From: Amphiscolops sp. MND2022
Taxonomy: Eukaryota
DNA: 64,000 bases
Reading direction: 5' to 3'
Assembly: GCA_964187785.1 (NCBI GenBank)
Contig: OZ076409.1
Coordinates: 97,590,001 to 97,654,000, forward strand
The translations under genes were made by a program, and so were the position numbers. The notes under the pieces were generated by a model. That model had not been told where the DNA came from, searched no databases, and saw nothing but the letters and a program-made list of their open reading frames with translations. Positions 35,901-46,000 of the stretch are shown here, in pieces; position 1 is the stretch's first letter, and each line of letters opens with the position of its first letter.

Positions 35901-37470
35901 AAAAAATGAGAATTTTTAACAGTCTCATAGTGCCGAAAAATCTGAAAGAAGGGACCCTTTGGGATTTTTTAACATTCGTATTGTTGCAAAATATCAAAAC
36001 AAAATGAATGGAGGACCCTTTGAGAACATTAAAAAATTTTCGAAAAAAAGTCTCACAAAGCCGAAAAAATGGAGGAGTCTCATTGTGGCGAAAAAGTGAG
36101 AACCTTCTGCTTAGAAATACTTGTAAAAAAATTAGCGCATACTCACGGGTTCGAACACGAACCCTCTGGGTTGAAAAGCAAGCATCTTACCACTAGACCA
36201 CGAACGCCTGAACTATGCGACTTGCGGGCTGAAACGAGAGAGTTGTCGCGCGGAAAAAAGCACCGGCACTTTCCCATAACACTTGCTTATCGCAAGTGTA
36301 ACTATTACTATTCTTTTAAATGATTATTCCTTTGAATGAATCGCTTTAAGGTTAGAAAATTTATATGGTCATTCAAATGATACTTCATATTATTCTTTCA
36401 TTGTACAACACTGATTACAAGCAACGGTCTCTGAGATTCTTTATTTTCTCAGATGCTGAATAAAACTAGATATGTCTTCAACAACTTCGGATATCAACAC
36501 GAGAGAAAGTCGCCTTACCTTCGGGCAGGTCAACGATGGCCACGAAGTCGTCAGTGCTTTTGTTCAACGGAATTCTTTTCGACCAATTATTGAAGCTTCC
36601 CACCAACTCCACATTCCTCCCTCCTTCCACCCAGCGGAAGACATAAGGTAAAGCGTCACTGGAGAACTCAGGGCAAAGATCGTCGTCCATGATGGGACTT
36701 ACACTAAACAGGAAATTCCAACATTTTCAATAAGTTCAAACCACATTGGTATGGATTTGAGACCCCCATTTCGTGACGATCAAAGTAATATCATCCGGTT
36801 AATTCGTATTTCTCACTATTCGTACTAATTTATTCGGTCACTAGCGATACGAATTAGGCGGATTCCACTGTATTAGTCCCCGAAAAGTGAAAAAACTGAA
36901 GAAGAAAAAGATCGTATGATTGCTAATACCCCCAGCTTACTGCCAGAAATCTTATTGCGCCATTCCCACTCCAAGAAAATGCTCAAGTTCATTTTGGACA
37001 ACTATTTTGCAAAATCAAAGAAAGAAAGAACTAACTAATTGAATCATGTATCATGGTGACCAGTTTTCCAGAGGTGAGAAAATGTTTTTGAGACTCAAGT
37101 TGTTCATGGAGCGTTAGTGAAAAACTTCATTTTCGACTCAATGACCGATTTTGCTTGTTCACACAAGCGTGAAACGAAGCTGACCTCATGCTTACTGACA
37201 TGACCACTATTTTCTGTTGACAGCATCGTGCAAACATGCGAGCACTTTAATAAGCAATTTACACGCTGAAATTCCAAAAAATGGGAGTGGGCAATGAACT
37301 TGTGGGGGGGATTAGCAAGCAAGATCCGAAGAAAAATACCTTCTACGGGGAGATTCCAATCCCTCGTCCAAATATGATTTGAGCTGCATTTCGAAAGCTA
37401 GCTGATTCGCAGGTTCGAAAGGACCTGATGAAGACTCAAGTCGGTCTCTTTTAGAAGAACTGTTACCCAT
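29751..37470 (-). CDS. PRKAB1: 5'-AMP-activated protein kinase subunit beta, 5 coding exons: 37340-37470, 36519-36703, 31038-31169, 30822-30955, 29751-29927 (759 nt, 252 aa)
   Basis: Spliced translation: MGNSSS (MGxxxS myristoylation motif), CBM48 glycogen-binding domain (VFRWVEGGRNVELVGSFNNWSKRIPLNKS...GNHEYKFFVDGEW...GTLNNVVEV), LSSSPPG, APPSLPPQLLQVILN, then C-terminal LLPEPNHVMLNHLYALSIKDGVMVLSATHRFHQKYVTTLLYKPI*. All introns are GT-AG with consistent phases. PRKAB1 versus PRKAB2 cannot be distinguished (likely co-orthologue). Confidence 0.96.
30317..30797. mobile_element. AT-rich hAT MITE
   Basis: TIR CAGGGATGTAAAA/TTTTACATCCCTG; TSD ATTGGTAC/ATTGGGAC; partial copy from ~10980. Confidence 0.82.
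30822..30955 (-). CDS. PRKAB1: AMPK beta exon 4
   Basis: ttcag| ALAMDSKEQLSSSPPGEYSQDIP...APPSLPPQLLQ |GTAAC; preceded by an 82-nt intron. Confidence 0.95.
31038..31169 (-). CDS. PRKAB1: AMPK beta exon 3
   Basis: ttccag| NHEYKFFVDGEWRNDPNAPTILNVHGTLNNVVEVKQSDFDVFQ |GTTAC. Confidence 0.95.
31225..31750 (+). mobile_element. Decayed CRE-like REL endonuclease fragment in AMPK beta intron 2
   Basis: Frameshifted motifs GWE..PVTCACGE, GGYIQMRHNETRETFA..MKEVCFDVE, ESFVHKTTTTGDEA...ANGIW. Confidence 0.7.
31843..34092 (+). repeat. Tandem direct duplication, unit ~1120 bp (31843-32963 / 32964-34092)
   Basis: Both copies begin TATAGCCAGCCATTTCTGACGATCGAG and differ only by scattered substitutions and homopolymer lengths. 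Confidence 0.92.
34605..35723 (-). mobile_element. Internally deleted hAT-superfamily element with 6-bp TSD
   Basis: TIRs CAGGGGTCAGAT/ATCTGAACCCTG, many subterminal TTCCCTGA repeats, flanking direct repeat GGTATG (34599-34604, 35724-35729); inserted in a Helentron-like repeat within AMPK beta intron 2. Confidence 0.82.
34745..35524 (-). CDS. Truncated hAT-like transposase (259 aa): N-terminal C2H2-type zinc finger fused in frame to a C-terminal fragment
   Basis: CKLC...SHLEGKKH finger; AEIRWAL...SFNSC...MFKDSEIA.KF.LG..KARY region jumps to LEPFLRFFQADKPL..FL; no DDE-bearing middle. Confidence 0.7.
   Translation of the reverse strand: MATKYNKAWEDAAKYPHFASWIQRANMDSQFRCKLCGGKDLNLGNMGQRALVSHLEGKKHAAIVSTMRSSSRLSLTGTSSFSQPEITIAGPTNTIETEEQVRVTSVMERMVVPNQVTEAEIRWALKMVQGHASFNSCNHLSELFGVMFKDSEIATKFKLGPDKARYLICQTIKKTLANGDILIARLEFSRTVSCELEPFLRFFQADKPLAVFLHEDLVQMMRAILSRFVKTTEVNNLTTGSKLISYDVSNGLLTPTFWI
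36137..36208 (-). pseudogene. tRNA-derived (Glu-like) segment in a repeat
   Basis: GTGGTCTAGTGGTAAGA A box, TTC at the anticodon position, GTTCGAACC B box; stems broken. Confidence 0.45.
36519..36703 (-). CDS. PRKAB1: AMPK beta exon 2 (CBM48 N-half)
   Basis: tttag| ...MDDDLCPEFSSDALPYVFRWVEGG...VDLPEG |GTAAG. Confidence 0.95.
37340..37470 (-). CDS. PRKAB1: AMPK beta coding exon 1 (not in ORF track)
   Basis: MGNSSSKRDRLESSSGPFEPANQLAFEMQLKSYLDEGLESPRR + AG|GTATTT; the phase-2 end joins exon 2 (T GTA AGT CCC) in frame. Confidence 0.88.
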
Positions 37471-38712
37471 AGTGGTCTGAAAAAGCACATCATTAGATGA
37501 AACAAATCGATATCCTCAAAGACAATCAAACTACTCAGCGTGCAGTGAAAAGCCGAAGGCGTGGTTCGAAAAGTAATTGAATAGTTTGTGAATTTGGTGT
37601 TTAACCCTAATGAGCATCGCGGTAAGTATTTGCACCACTCGAGATCTACAAAGTTCTAGAGGCACCAGCCCACCGTATGGTAAAGAAAACTCTTGTACAG
37701 GATTTTCAGACAAAATTACATAGCACTGCACGCATTTTCACAGATTGGACTTCGAAAAAAAAATTAGCGCAAAATTTCCGTTTTTCCTGTTTTCTTGTGT
37801 GGCAACTTTATAATACTGGGGACAAGATCAAGTCAAAGGGGCCCTAGCATGTTTTGAAACAAGCTGAACTGCAGCCAGAGACACCACGCGTGCAAAGTTT
37901 TGGCGCAAAGTCCGGAGGAGCCAGTGCGGCGACGCCCCCAGCCCAGCCGTTCAAAAATCAAATTGAAAGACCTGATTGTCTTCTTTCGAACGCGCTGAAA
38001 ATTGTTTGTCGGACTGAATAGTTTTGGAGATTTTGCGGTTTAAAGTTTATGCACCAGATTTTTGGTTGCATCCAGTAAATTCTACCTCCATTCCGGGTTA
38101 AATACCAGTCTATCAGTGTGGTTTTTGGAACAGGCTCAACCGTCAATATACAGCTGATGGTTCTGCAAGACCTTTTACGAACGTGGTTCTGTCGAAAGTG
38201 GAAAATTACTTGCAAAAACAAAAGTTAAGACTGGACCTTCCAATCTTATATATAATGAAGATACTTTTGTCTCGGCAGCTTTGTTACGTAATAGACGAGA
38301 GCCGAACAACATTATTACAGCATATTACGTAACAATTTGTATGCCAACTGAAAGATATTTTTGGAAAATGACATGCCAATAAAATTCGATCTTTTTCAAA
38401 ACTGACTTTGAGAAAAAAAGATCAAATGACTTTGAAAGCCAATTGATTGACATGGCTGCTAACATCGAATCTGAAGAAATACCAGTGACATCGTCGATAA
38501 AGGACCTTCGGAAGACCTTCGAGATCAAAGATCATTCAAGGACCTTCGGAAGATCGTCGATATCAAAAATCATTCAAGGTCCTGCGAAAGATCTTCGAGA
38601 TCAAATTTCATTCAAAGATGATCGAAAGATCTTCGCGATCAAAGTTCATTCAAGAAACTCCCGACGTTCTTCATGAACGAAGATCATTCAAGGATCTTGG
38701 GAAGTTTTGGGT

Positions 38713-39057
38713 GGGTGGGCGGAAGTAGGTCGAAGGAACGGGATCGAAAATCAGAGTTAGTCCACAGGTCGACATACCAAATTTTTTGAATGGGATCGAA
38801 ACAACTCGGATCGAAATTTTTATAACGTAGTCAGATATGTTCACATACCCCTACTGCCCTGAATGCAGGAGCGAAGCGAAGCGACGTGCCATATGGTCAT
38901 GCCTCAATGTTGCTACTTGGCGAAGGGATCGAAGCGACCGAGCTATACAACAAATACGATAAAATTCGACCGCATTCCTTTCGATCCCTGCAATTCGATC
39001 AAAAGGTTCGACCTCTGTCCTTTCGACCAGAAAAATTCGACCTATTTACAGCCACCC
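38713..39057 (+). mobile_element. MULE-like MITE (345 bp), copy 1
   Basis: Short TIRs GGGTGG...TAGGTCGAA; 9-bp TSD GTTTTGGGT (38704-38712, 39058-39066). Confidence 0.8.
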
Positions 39058-39159
39058 GTTTTGGGTGGCAGTAAATAGGTCGAATTTTTTAGAGGAGGGA
39101 ATAACGTCTAAGGAATAACGTCCAAAGGTCCACCGGGAATAACGTCTGAAGGAATAACA

Positions 39160-40997
39160 CAGGGATTGGAACTCCATAATGGCCATAAATATATGGAAAT
39201 TATTTATGGCTGCACTGAGAAAAATGGCCATTATGTATGGTAGCTCGGCCATTATGGCACCATATTTTTCTTTTCTCGGGAACTTCATTTCGTATGTTTC
39301 TTTCAGATAGGGTCATGGATCTGCAAAACAAATCTGTTGTAGACTTCTTCTTTACTCCTCTCGGTGATGACATGTTCAAATGCACCTGCAATAAGAGGGT
39401 GAAACAACCAGGCAAGAAAGGATATACAAATTTGATGAGTCACTTGAAAAATGTTCACAAAGACTCCTGGGAAGATGAGTACAGGAAGTCGGAAACCAAA
39501 GAGCAAGCAGTATTGCCGTACCCTAAAGTGAACAAGAAGGCGGAAAATATTTTCCGTTGGTTAGAATGGGTGATTTTGGAGAATCGCGAGTACAGTTTTG
39601 TCGACAAACCATTGGTTCGAAAGAACACTAAATTGGAGCCGATATGCCAGAAGACTCTGCAAAAATATATAGACCTGGTTTCCTTGGAAGTCGAAAAGAA
39701 GATAACCAGTGCCCTACCTAGCAACTTTGGTTTGATTGTAGATGGATGGTCGCAACAAAGTGAACATTTCGTGGGTGTTTTTGCTTGCTTCGATGTGGAT
39801 GGTGTGAATGAAAAACCTCTCCTAGCCTTTTCTGTATTGCCAGATGAAACTGATCTTGGCGCTGATAGTATTGCCGGATTCATCGAAACAACTCTGGAGT
39901 ACTATAAGAAAACGCGAACTGATGTGAAATTCATCGTCAGTGACAATGAGCCTACCATGCGAGCTGTGGCTAAAAAATTAGTAATACCTATGATAGGTTG
40001 TGCGAGTCATAGACTATCTTTGGCTGTCAAACATTGGCTTGTTCAGAACGATCAAGAGGTTCTTTTGGAAAAAGTCAACTGCCTGATGAAAAAATTATCA
40101 AATCTGAAACAAGCAGGGAAATTGCGCAAAAAAACCAATTTGAAACCCGTCACTCGCAATATCACCAGATGGTCGTCCAATTACTATATGCTTCACAGAT
40201 ATCACGAATTGACACCCTTCCTTGATAAAACAGACACTGAAATAGCAGAATTGCTTCCCAGTCCTTCGGAGGAATTAAAACTTCAGGATTTGTTGGTAGA
40301 TCTGACAGATATACAGTCTGTCACTCTGAAACTTCAGGAAGACTCCATAACCCTTGCGGAAGTGCGTCGACTATTTGATGCTTTGATTTTGAGGTTTTAT
40401 TCCATGTGCAAGTATCTGAGTGAACGAGCCGAAATCGTGGATAATCCTCAGTTTGAAGCTGCTATTGTTAAATCTTTCACTGTCCCTTATGAAGATCTGA
40501 AACTGGCAGAGAAAGTTCACCTGGGGCGTTTCAGAACCCAACAGGAAGCCAGTCATTCCAATGCTGACGTTGAAACGGGCCACAAGTCGTTCGCCGAGTC
40601 CGTACTCCTCTCTCCTGAACCGGTCCCTGCTTTAAAAACGATGATGAAGCTGCATTGGGTTCCTCCAACTTCCAATATTGTAGAACGTCTGTTCAGTAAG
40701 GCTAAAAACATCCGAACACCACTGCGAAACAGGATCCTTCCAGTGAATTTCGAGGAGAATCTGTACCTGGCTGTGAATAAAAACTACTGGGACGTCGAAA
40801 CTCTCTTGCTTGTCGTGAACAGTGATTGAAGTTTTCGGAAATGTTTGATTCAATTCATCATTTGTCTCTTGTTTTTTGACACCATATATATGGCCATTAT
40901 GGCCATTATTTATGGCTTCCTTCAAAAATATGGAGATATTTATGGGGGGTCTTTTTCAGGTACCATTTATATGGCCATACCATAATTCCAATCCCTG
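39160..40997 (+). mobile_element. Complete hAT DNA transposon (1838 bp), apparently autonomous
   Basis: Perfect 12-bp TIRs CAGGGATTGGAA/TTCCAATCCCTG; perfect 8-bp TSD GAATAACA (39152-39159, 40998-41005); subterminal ATGGCCAT-type repeats at both ends; uninterrupted transposase ORF. Confidence 0.95.
39315..40829 (+). CDS. hAT transposase (~504 aa from MDLQNK; the ORF extends upstream to 39237)
   Basis: BED finger (FKCTC...YTNLMSHLKNVH), catalytic D (IVDGWS), D (VSDNE), CxxH (GCASHRL), TRWSS, and C-terminal hATC motif with catalytic E (PPTSNIVERLFS). Confidence 0.93.
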   Translation: MDLQNKSVVDFFFTPLGDDMFKCTCNKRVKQPGKKGYTNLMSHLKNVHKDSWEDEYRKSETKEQAVLPYPKVNKKAENIFRWLEWVILENREYSFVDKPLVRKNTKLEPICQKTLQKYIDLVSLEVEKKITSALPSNFGLIVDGWSQQSEHFVGVFACFDVDGVNEKPLLAFSVLPDETDLGADSIAGFIETTLEYYKKTRTDVKFIVSDNEPTMRAVAKKLVIPMIGCASHRLSLAVKHWLVQNDQEVLLEKVNCLMKKLSNLKQAGKLRKKTNLKPVTRNITRWSSNYYMLHRYHELTPFLDKTDTEIAELLPSPSEELKLQDLLVDLTDIQSVTLKLQEDSITLAEVRRLFDALILRFYSMCKYLSERAEIVDNPQFEAAIVKSFTVPYEDLKLAEKVHLGRFRTQQEASHSNADVETGHKSFAESVLLSPEPVPALKTMMKLHWVPPTSNIVERLFSKAKNIRTPLRNRILPVNFEENLYLAVNKNYWDVETLLLVVNSD

Positions 40998-42559
40998 GAA
41001 TAACATCTAAACTGAAATATTAGGGAATAACGTCCAAAAAACGGGAATAACGTCTAAACAGAGGAATAACGTCTAAAAAGAGGAATAACGTCTAAACCTG
41101 AAAACGGGAATAACGTCCTAATTACAGAAAAACGACAAATACAGAAAAATTGTCAAAATACGTCCGAAAAACGGGAATAACGTCTAAATTTGAAAAAGAG
41201 GATGGGAAATTTAGAATGGGATCGTCCGTCTAAATTTGAAAAAATTCAGGTCAATGAAGATCTGATGCTATGAAATGATTCAAAGTATAAAACATGTCTC
41301 GGATATGTCCCCATTTCCTCTAGTGCCCCGCGGCCCCTTGGGGCCGCTTATGTTCCCATCTTGCTAAGCGAGGTCGAACAGGAGCAAAGACCTAGCGGGA
41401 ACGGAGATCGCGAAGCGATCGTAGTGGGAGCTAGTCTCTGCGACAGTTAGGGCGAGCGTGCATACACCGAATACGCCCCCACATTAAGTGGGAAAAATAA
41501 ACAACTATGAATTGTTGTTGTTCGAATTAAGGGTACCGTAGACAATGATACACTTGCCAGGACCCATTTTTGTGCCGGCTATTTGTTGTGAAAATATTCA
41601 GAAATTTATTTTTCTGATTTCAGAAAAATCAACTTTCAAAACAGGAATAACGTCTAAAAAACGGGAATAACGTCTAAAATAACGGAAATAACGTCTAAAA
41701 TTTTAGACGTTATTCCCGAAAAATGATTTAAATTTAGCCGTTATTCCCAATTTCAATTTAGACGTTATTCCTCAGACGTTATTCCCGCCCGCCGAATTTT
41801 TCTGGTCGAAAAAAACAGAAGTCGAACCTTTTGATCGAATTGCAGGGATCGAATGGAGTGCGGTCGAATTCGATCGTATTCGTTGAACGGCTCGGTCGCT
41901 TCGCTCCCTTCGCCAAGTAGCAACCTCGAGGCATGGCCATATGGCACGTCGCTTCGCTTCGCACCTGCATTCAGGGCAGTAGGGGTATGTGAACATATCT
42001 GACTACGTTATAAAAATTTCGATCCGAAGTGTTTCGATCTCATTCAAAAATTTGGTAAGTCGACCTGAGGACTCTGATTTCCGATCCCGTTCCTTCGACC
42101 TATTTTCGCCCACCCGGAAGTTTTTTGAGGTAAAAGACACTTCAAAGATTTTCGAACTCTTCGATATCATAAATAGTTCGAGGATCTTTAGATAATCGAG
42201 ATCAAAGATCAATCAAGTCCTTCGGAAGATTTTCGAGATCAAACAACATTCGAGGAGCTTTAGAAAATCAATATCGAAGATCATTCAAGTACCTTCACAA
42301 GATGTTCGAGATCAAACATTTTTCAAGGATTTAAAGATCAATCAAGGACCATCGGAATATCTTCCGTGTCTTAGGTATTTCAAGGATCTTCGGAAGATCT
42401 TCGAGATCAAGTATCAATCGAAAACCTTCGGAAGATCTTCGAGATCAAAGATCATTCAAGAATCTTCGGAAAATCTTCGAGATCAAAACTCATTCAAAGA
42501 TAATCGGAAGATCTTCGAGATCACAGGTCATTCAAGGAACTCCCGACGTTCTTCATGAT

Positions 42560-43066
42560 AGGTGCGTGGAATCAGGTCTAATGAAAAAAGATATGAGAGA
42601 GGGGGCAAAACTGAGATCTAAATAAATTGGTCTAAATAATCAGGTCTAAAAATCTCTTCTAATTTGATCTTAATTGAGAAAAAAATAAGTCGAATAGGAT
42701 CTAAAACTAAAAAGTGATATAAAATATAAAACGTGCCTCAGATATGTCCCCATTTCCTCTAGTGCCCTGCGGCCCCTTGGGGCCGCTCATATTCCCATCT
42801 TGCTAAGCGAGGTCGAACAGGAGCAAAGACCTAGCGGGAACGGAGATCGCGAAGCGATCGTATTGGGAGCTGGTCTTTGCGACGGTGAGGGCGAGCGTGC
42901 ATACATCGCATATGCCCCACATTATATTTTCGCTTTCAGAACACATATTAGATCATAAAGGGATTAGACCTAAGTATTTTAGATAAAATTAGATCAAGAA
43001 AGTTAGACCTAACAGTTAGATCTAATTCCATTAGACCCAAACAATTAGATCAAAGGCGTACACTCC
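42560..43066. mobile_element. MULE-like MITE with (TTAGAYCT)-type subrepeats, inserted in the satellite
   Basis: 9-bp TSD CTTCATGAT/TTTCATGAT (exact CTTCATGAT in the duplicated copies); internal core shared with 41290-41490. Confidence 0.68.
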
Positions 43067-46000
43067 TTTCATGATCGACGATCATTCAAGGATCTTGGGA
43101 AGTTTTTCGAGGTAGAAGATAGTTCAAAGATTTTCGGAAACTCTTCGAGATCAAAAATAGTTCGAGGATCTATAGATAATCGAGATCAAATATGAATCAA
43201 AACTTTAGGAAGATATTCGAGATCAAAGATCATTCAAGAATCTTCGGAAGATCTTCCATATCACAGATCAGTCACGGATCTGCGGAAGATCTCCGATATT
43301 AAAGGCCTTTCAAGGACAAAGATATTCGGAAGATTTTTGAAGTCAAAGATCTTTCAAAGATTTTTGGAAGATCCTCGAGATCAACCATCATTCGAGGAGC
43401 TTTAAATAATAGAGATTGAAGATTTTTCAAGGACCTTCCCAAGATCTTCGAGATCAAATATTATTCAAGGATATTCGAGATTAAAGGTCAATCAAGGATC
43501 TTCGTTATATCTTCGAGATGGATGATCCTCCTATGGTCTCCGGAACACCTTCGAGATCAAAGGTCGTACGAGGATGTTCAGAAGTTCTTCGAGATCAAAG
43601 GTCTTTCAGGGATCCTCGAAAGATCTTTGCCAACAAAGATCATTCGAGGATCTTCGGAAGAGCTTCGAGTTCAAAGGTCGTCCAAGGACCTTCGGAAGAT
43701 CTTCGAGATGAAAACCCATTCAAGGATCTTTGCAAGATCGTCGAGATCAAAAATTATTCAAGGGTCTTCAGAAGTTCTTCAATATCGAAGGGCACTCAAG
43801 GATTTCCGGAAGATCTATGAGATCAAAGATCATTCAAGGACCTTCGGAATATCTTCAATATCAAATATCATTCAAGGATCTTTTTGTAACAGTTTACCGC
43901 AAAACACAAGATGTTACTTCAGAAGAGCAATTTTGCTGTCTTTCGGACATAGGGGTTTGCTAGTTGATATAATCCGGGTTTTGCATTTGCTCCTTGACGA
44001 AAAAACATTTGATTATCTGAAGAAACAAGTTGGGGCATTCAAACTGAATTCAAACAAAGCACCAAAATGGGCTACATAAGAACAAAAGTAAGCTTTGCCC
44101 TACTGAAAAGCTCCGTTCTCTGGCTCCGTGGATGCCGTTTAGTCAAACGACAACCTGAAATCATTGATTCTGCGATCGGTGCAATAGTGGAAGAGGGAAG
44201 ACTGTCCTAGTGGCACCAGCACATGGTATCCCCGACGTGCATTTGTTTGCAAGATTCCACTTTACAACGAGCACTGTTTAACATCGTGTTATTTTGCAGT
44301 AATTTATAAATTTTCCTCCACTTACCAAGGTTTACAATATTTATTTTTTGGGAGCGTTAGTGACACTGCAAGGAGGCGCTGCAGCTTGCAGCGTATATGA
44401 GACCCTTTCCAACTCTTCCCGACTCGCCCTCCTCTTAACAAAACTAAAGATCCAAAACTAAAAAGTGATATAAAATATAAAACGTGCCTCAGATATGTCC
44501 CCATTTCCTCTAGTGCCCTGCGGCTCCTTGGGGCCGCTTATATTCCCATCTTGCTAAGCGAGGTCGAACAGGAGCAAAGACCTAGCGGGAACGGAGATCG
44601 CGAAGCGATCGTAGTGGGAGCTGGTCTTTGCGACGGTGAGGGCGAGCGTGCATACATCGCATATGCCCCACATTATATTTCGCTTTCAGAACACATATTA
44701 GATCATAAAGGGATTAGACCTAAGTATTTTAGATGAAATTAGATCAAGAAAATTAAACCTAACAGTTAGATCTAATTCCATTAGACCCAAGCAATTAGAT
44801 CAAAGGCGTACACTCCCTTCATGATCGACGATCATTCAAGGATCTTGGGAAGTTTTTCGAGGTAGACGATAGTTCAAAGATTTTCGGAAACTCTTCGAGA
44901 TCAAAAATAGTTCGAGGATCTATAGATAATCGAGATCAAATATGAATCAAAACTTTAGGAAGATATTCGAGATCAAAGATCATTCAAGAATCTTCGGAAG
45001 ATCTTCCATATCACAGATCAGTCACGGATCTGCGGAAGATCTCCGATATTAAAGGCCTTTCAAGGACAAAGATATTCGGAAGATTTTTGAAGTCAAAGAT
45101 CTTTCAAAGATTTTTGGAAGATCCTCGAGATCAACCATCATTCGAGGAGCATTAGATAATAGAGATTGAAGATTTTTCAAGGACCTTCCCAAGATCTTCG
45201 AGATCAAATATTATTCAAGGATATTCGAGATTAAAGGTCAATCAAATATCTTCGTAATATCTTCGAGATGGATGATCCTCCTATAGTCTTCGGAACATCT
45301 TCGAGATCAAAAGTCACTCGAGGATGTTCAGAAGTTCTTCGAGATCAAAGGTCTTTCAGGGATCCTCGAAAGATCTTTGCCAACAAAGATCATTCGAGGA
45401 TCTTCGAAAGAGCTTCGAGTTCAAAGGTCGTCCAAGGACCTTCGGAAGATCTTCGAGATGAAAACCCATTCAAGGATCTTTGCAAGATCGTCGAGATCAA
45501 AAATTATTCAAGGGTCTTCAGAAGTTCTTCAATATCGAAGGGCACTCAAGGATTTCCGGAAGATCTATGAGATCAAAGATCATTCAAGGACCTTCGGAAT
45601 ATCTTCAATATCAAATATCATTCAAGGATCTTTTTGTAACAGTTTACCGCAAAACACAAGATGTTACTTCAGAAGAGCAATTTTGCTGTCTTTCGGACAT
45701 AGGGGTTTGCTAGTTGATATAATCCGGGTTTTGCATTTGCTCCTTGACGAAAAAACATTTGATTATCTGAAGAAACAAGTTGGGGTATACAAACTGAATT
45801 CAAACAAAGCACCAAAATGGGCTATATAAGAACAAAAGTAAGCTTTGCCCTACTGAAAAGCTCCGTTCTCTGGCTCCGTGGATGCCGTTTAGTCAAACGA
45901 CAACCTGAAATCATTGATTCTGCGATCTGTGCAATAGTGGAAGAGGGAAGACTGTCCTAGTGGCACCAGCACATGGTATCCCCGACGTGCATTTGTTTGC

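Larger units (their letters stand above)
39090..41793. mobile_element. Foldback/MULE-like non-autonomous element built from GGAATAACGTCTAA subrepeats; hosts the hAT
   Basis: GGGAATAACGTCT at the left end and AGACGTTATTCCC at the right end; ~9-bp duplication CGAATTTTT (39081-39089, 41793-41801). Confidence 0.7.
39063..42115 (-). mobile_element. MULE-like MITE, copy 2 (inverted relative to copy 1), interrupted by later insertions
   Basis: 41793-42115 is the reverse complement of copy 1; 9-bp TSD GGAAGTTTT (38700-38708, 42116-42124) derived from the satellite. Confidence 0.78.

Noticed and set aside
36688..36690. MDDDL as the AMPK beta start (non-myristoylated form)
   Set aside because: An in-phase upstream exon starting MGNSSS exists at 37340-37470
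37425..37450. CTGATGA hammerhead-like start
   Set aside because: No GAAA box; it is the antisense of AMPK beta exon 1
38709..42115. A single Mutator element with 330-bp TIRs encoding the transposase
   Set aside because: TSDs show two separate inverted MITEs, and the transposase is hAT-type with its own TIRs and TSD
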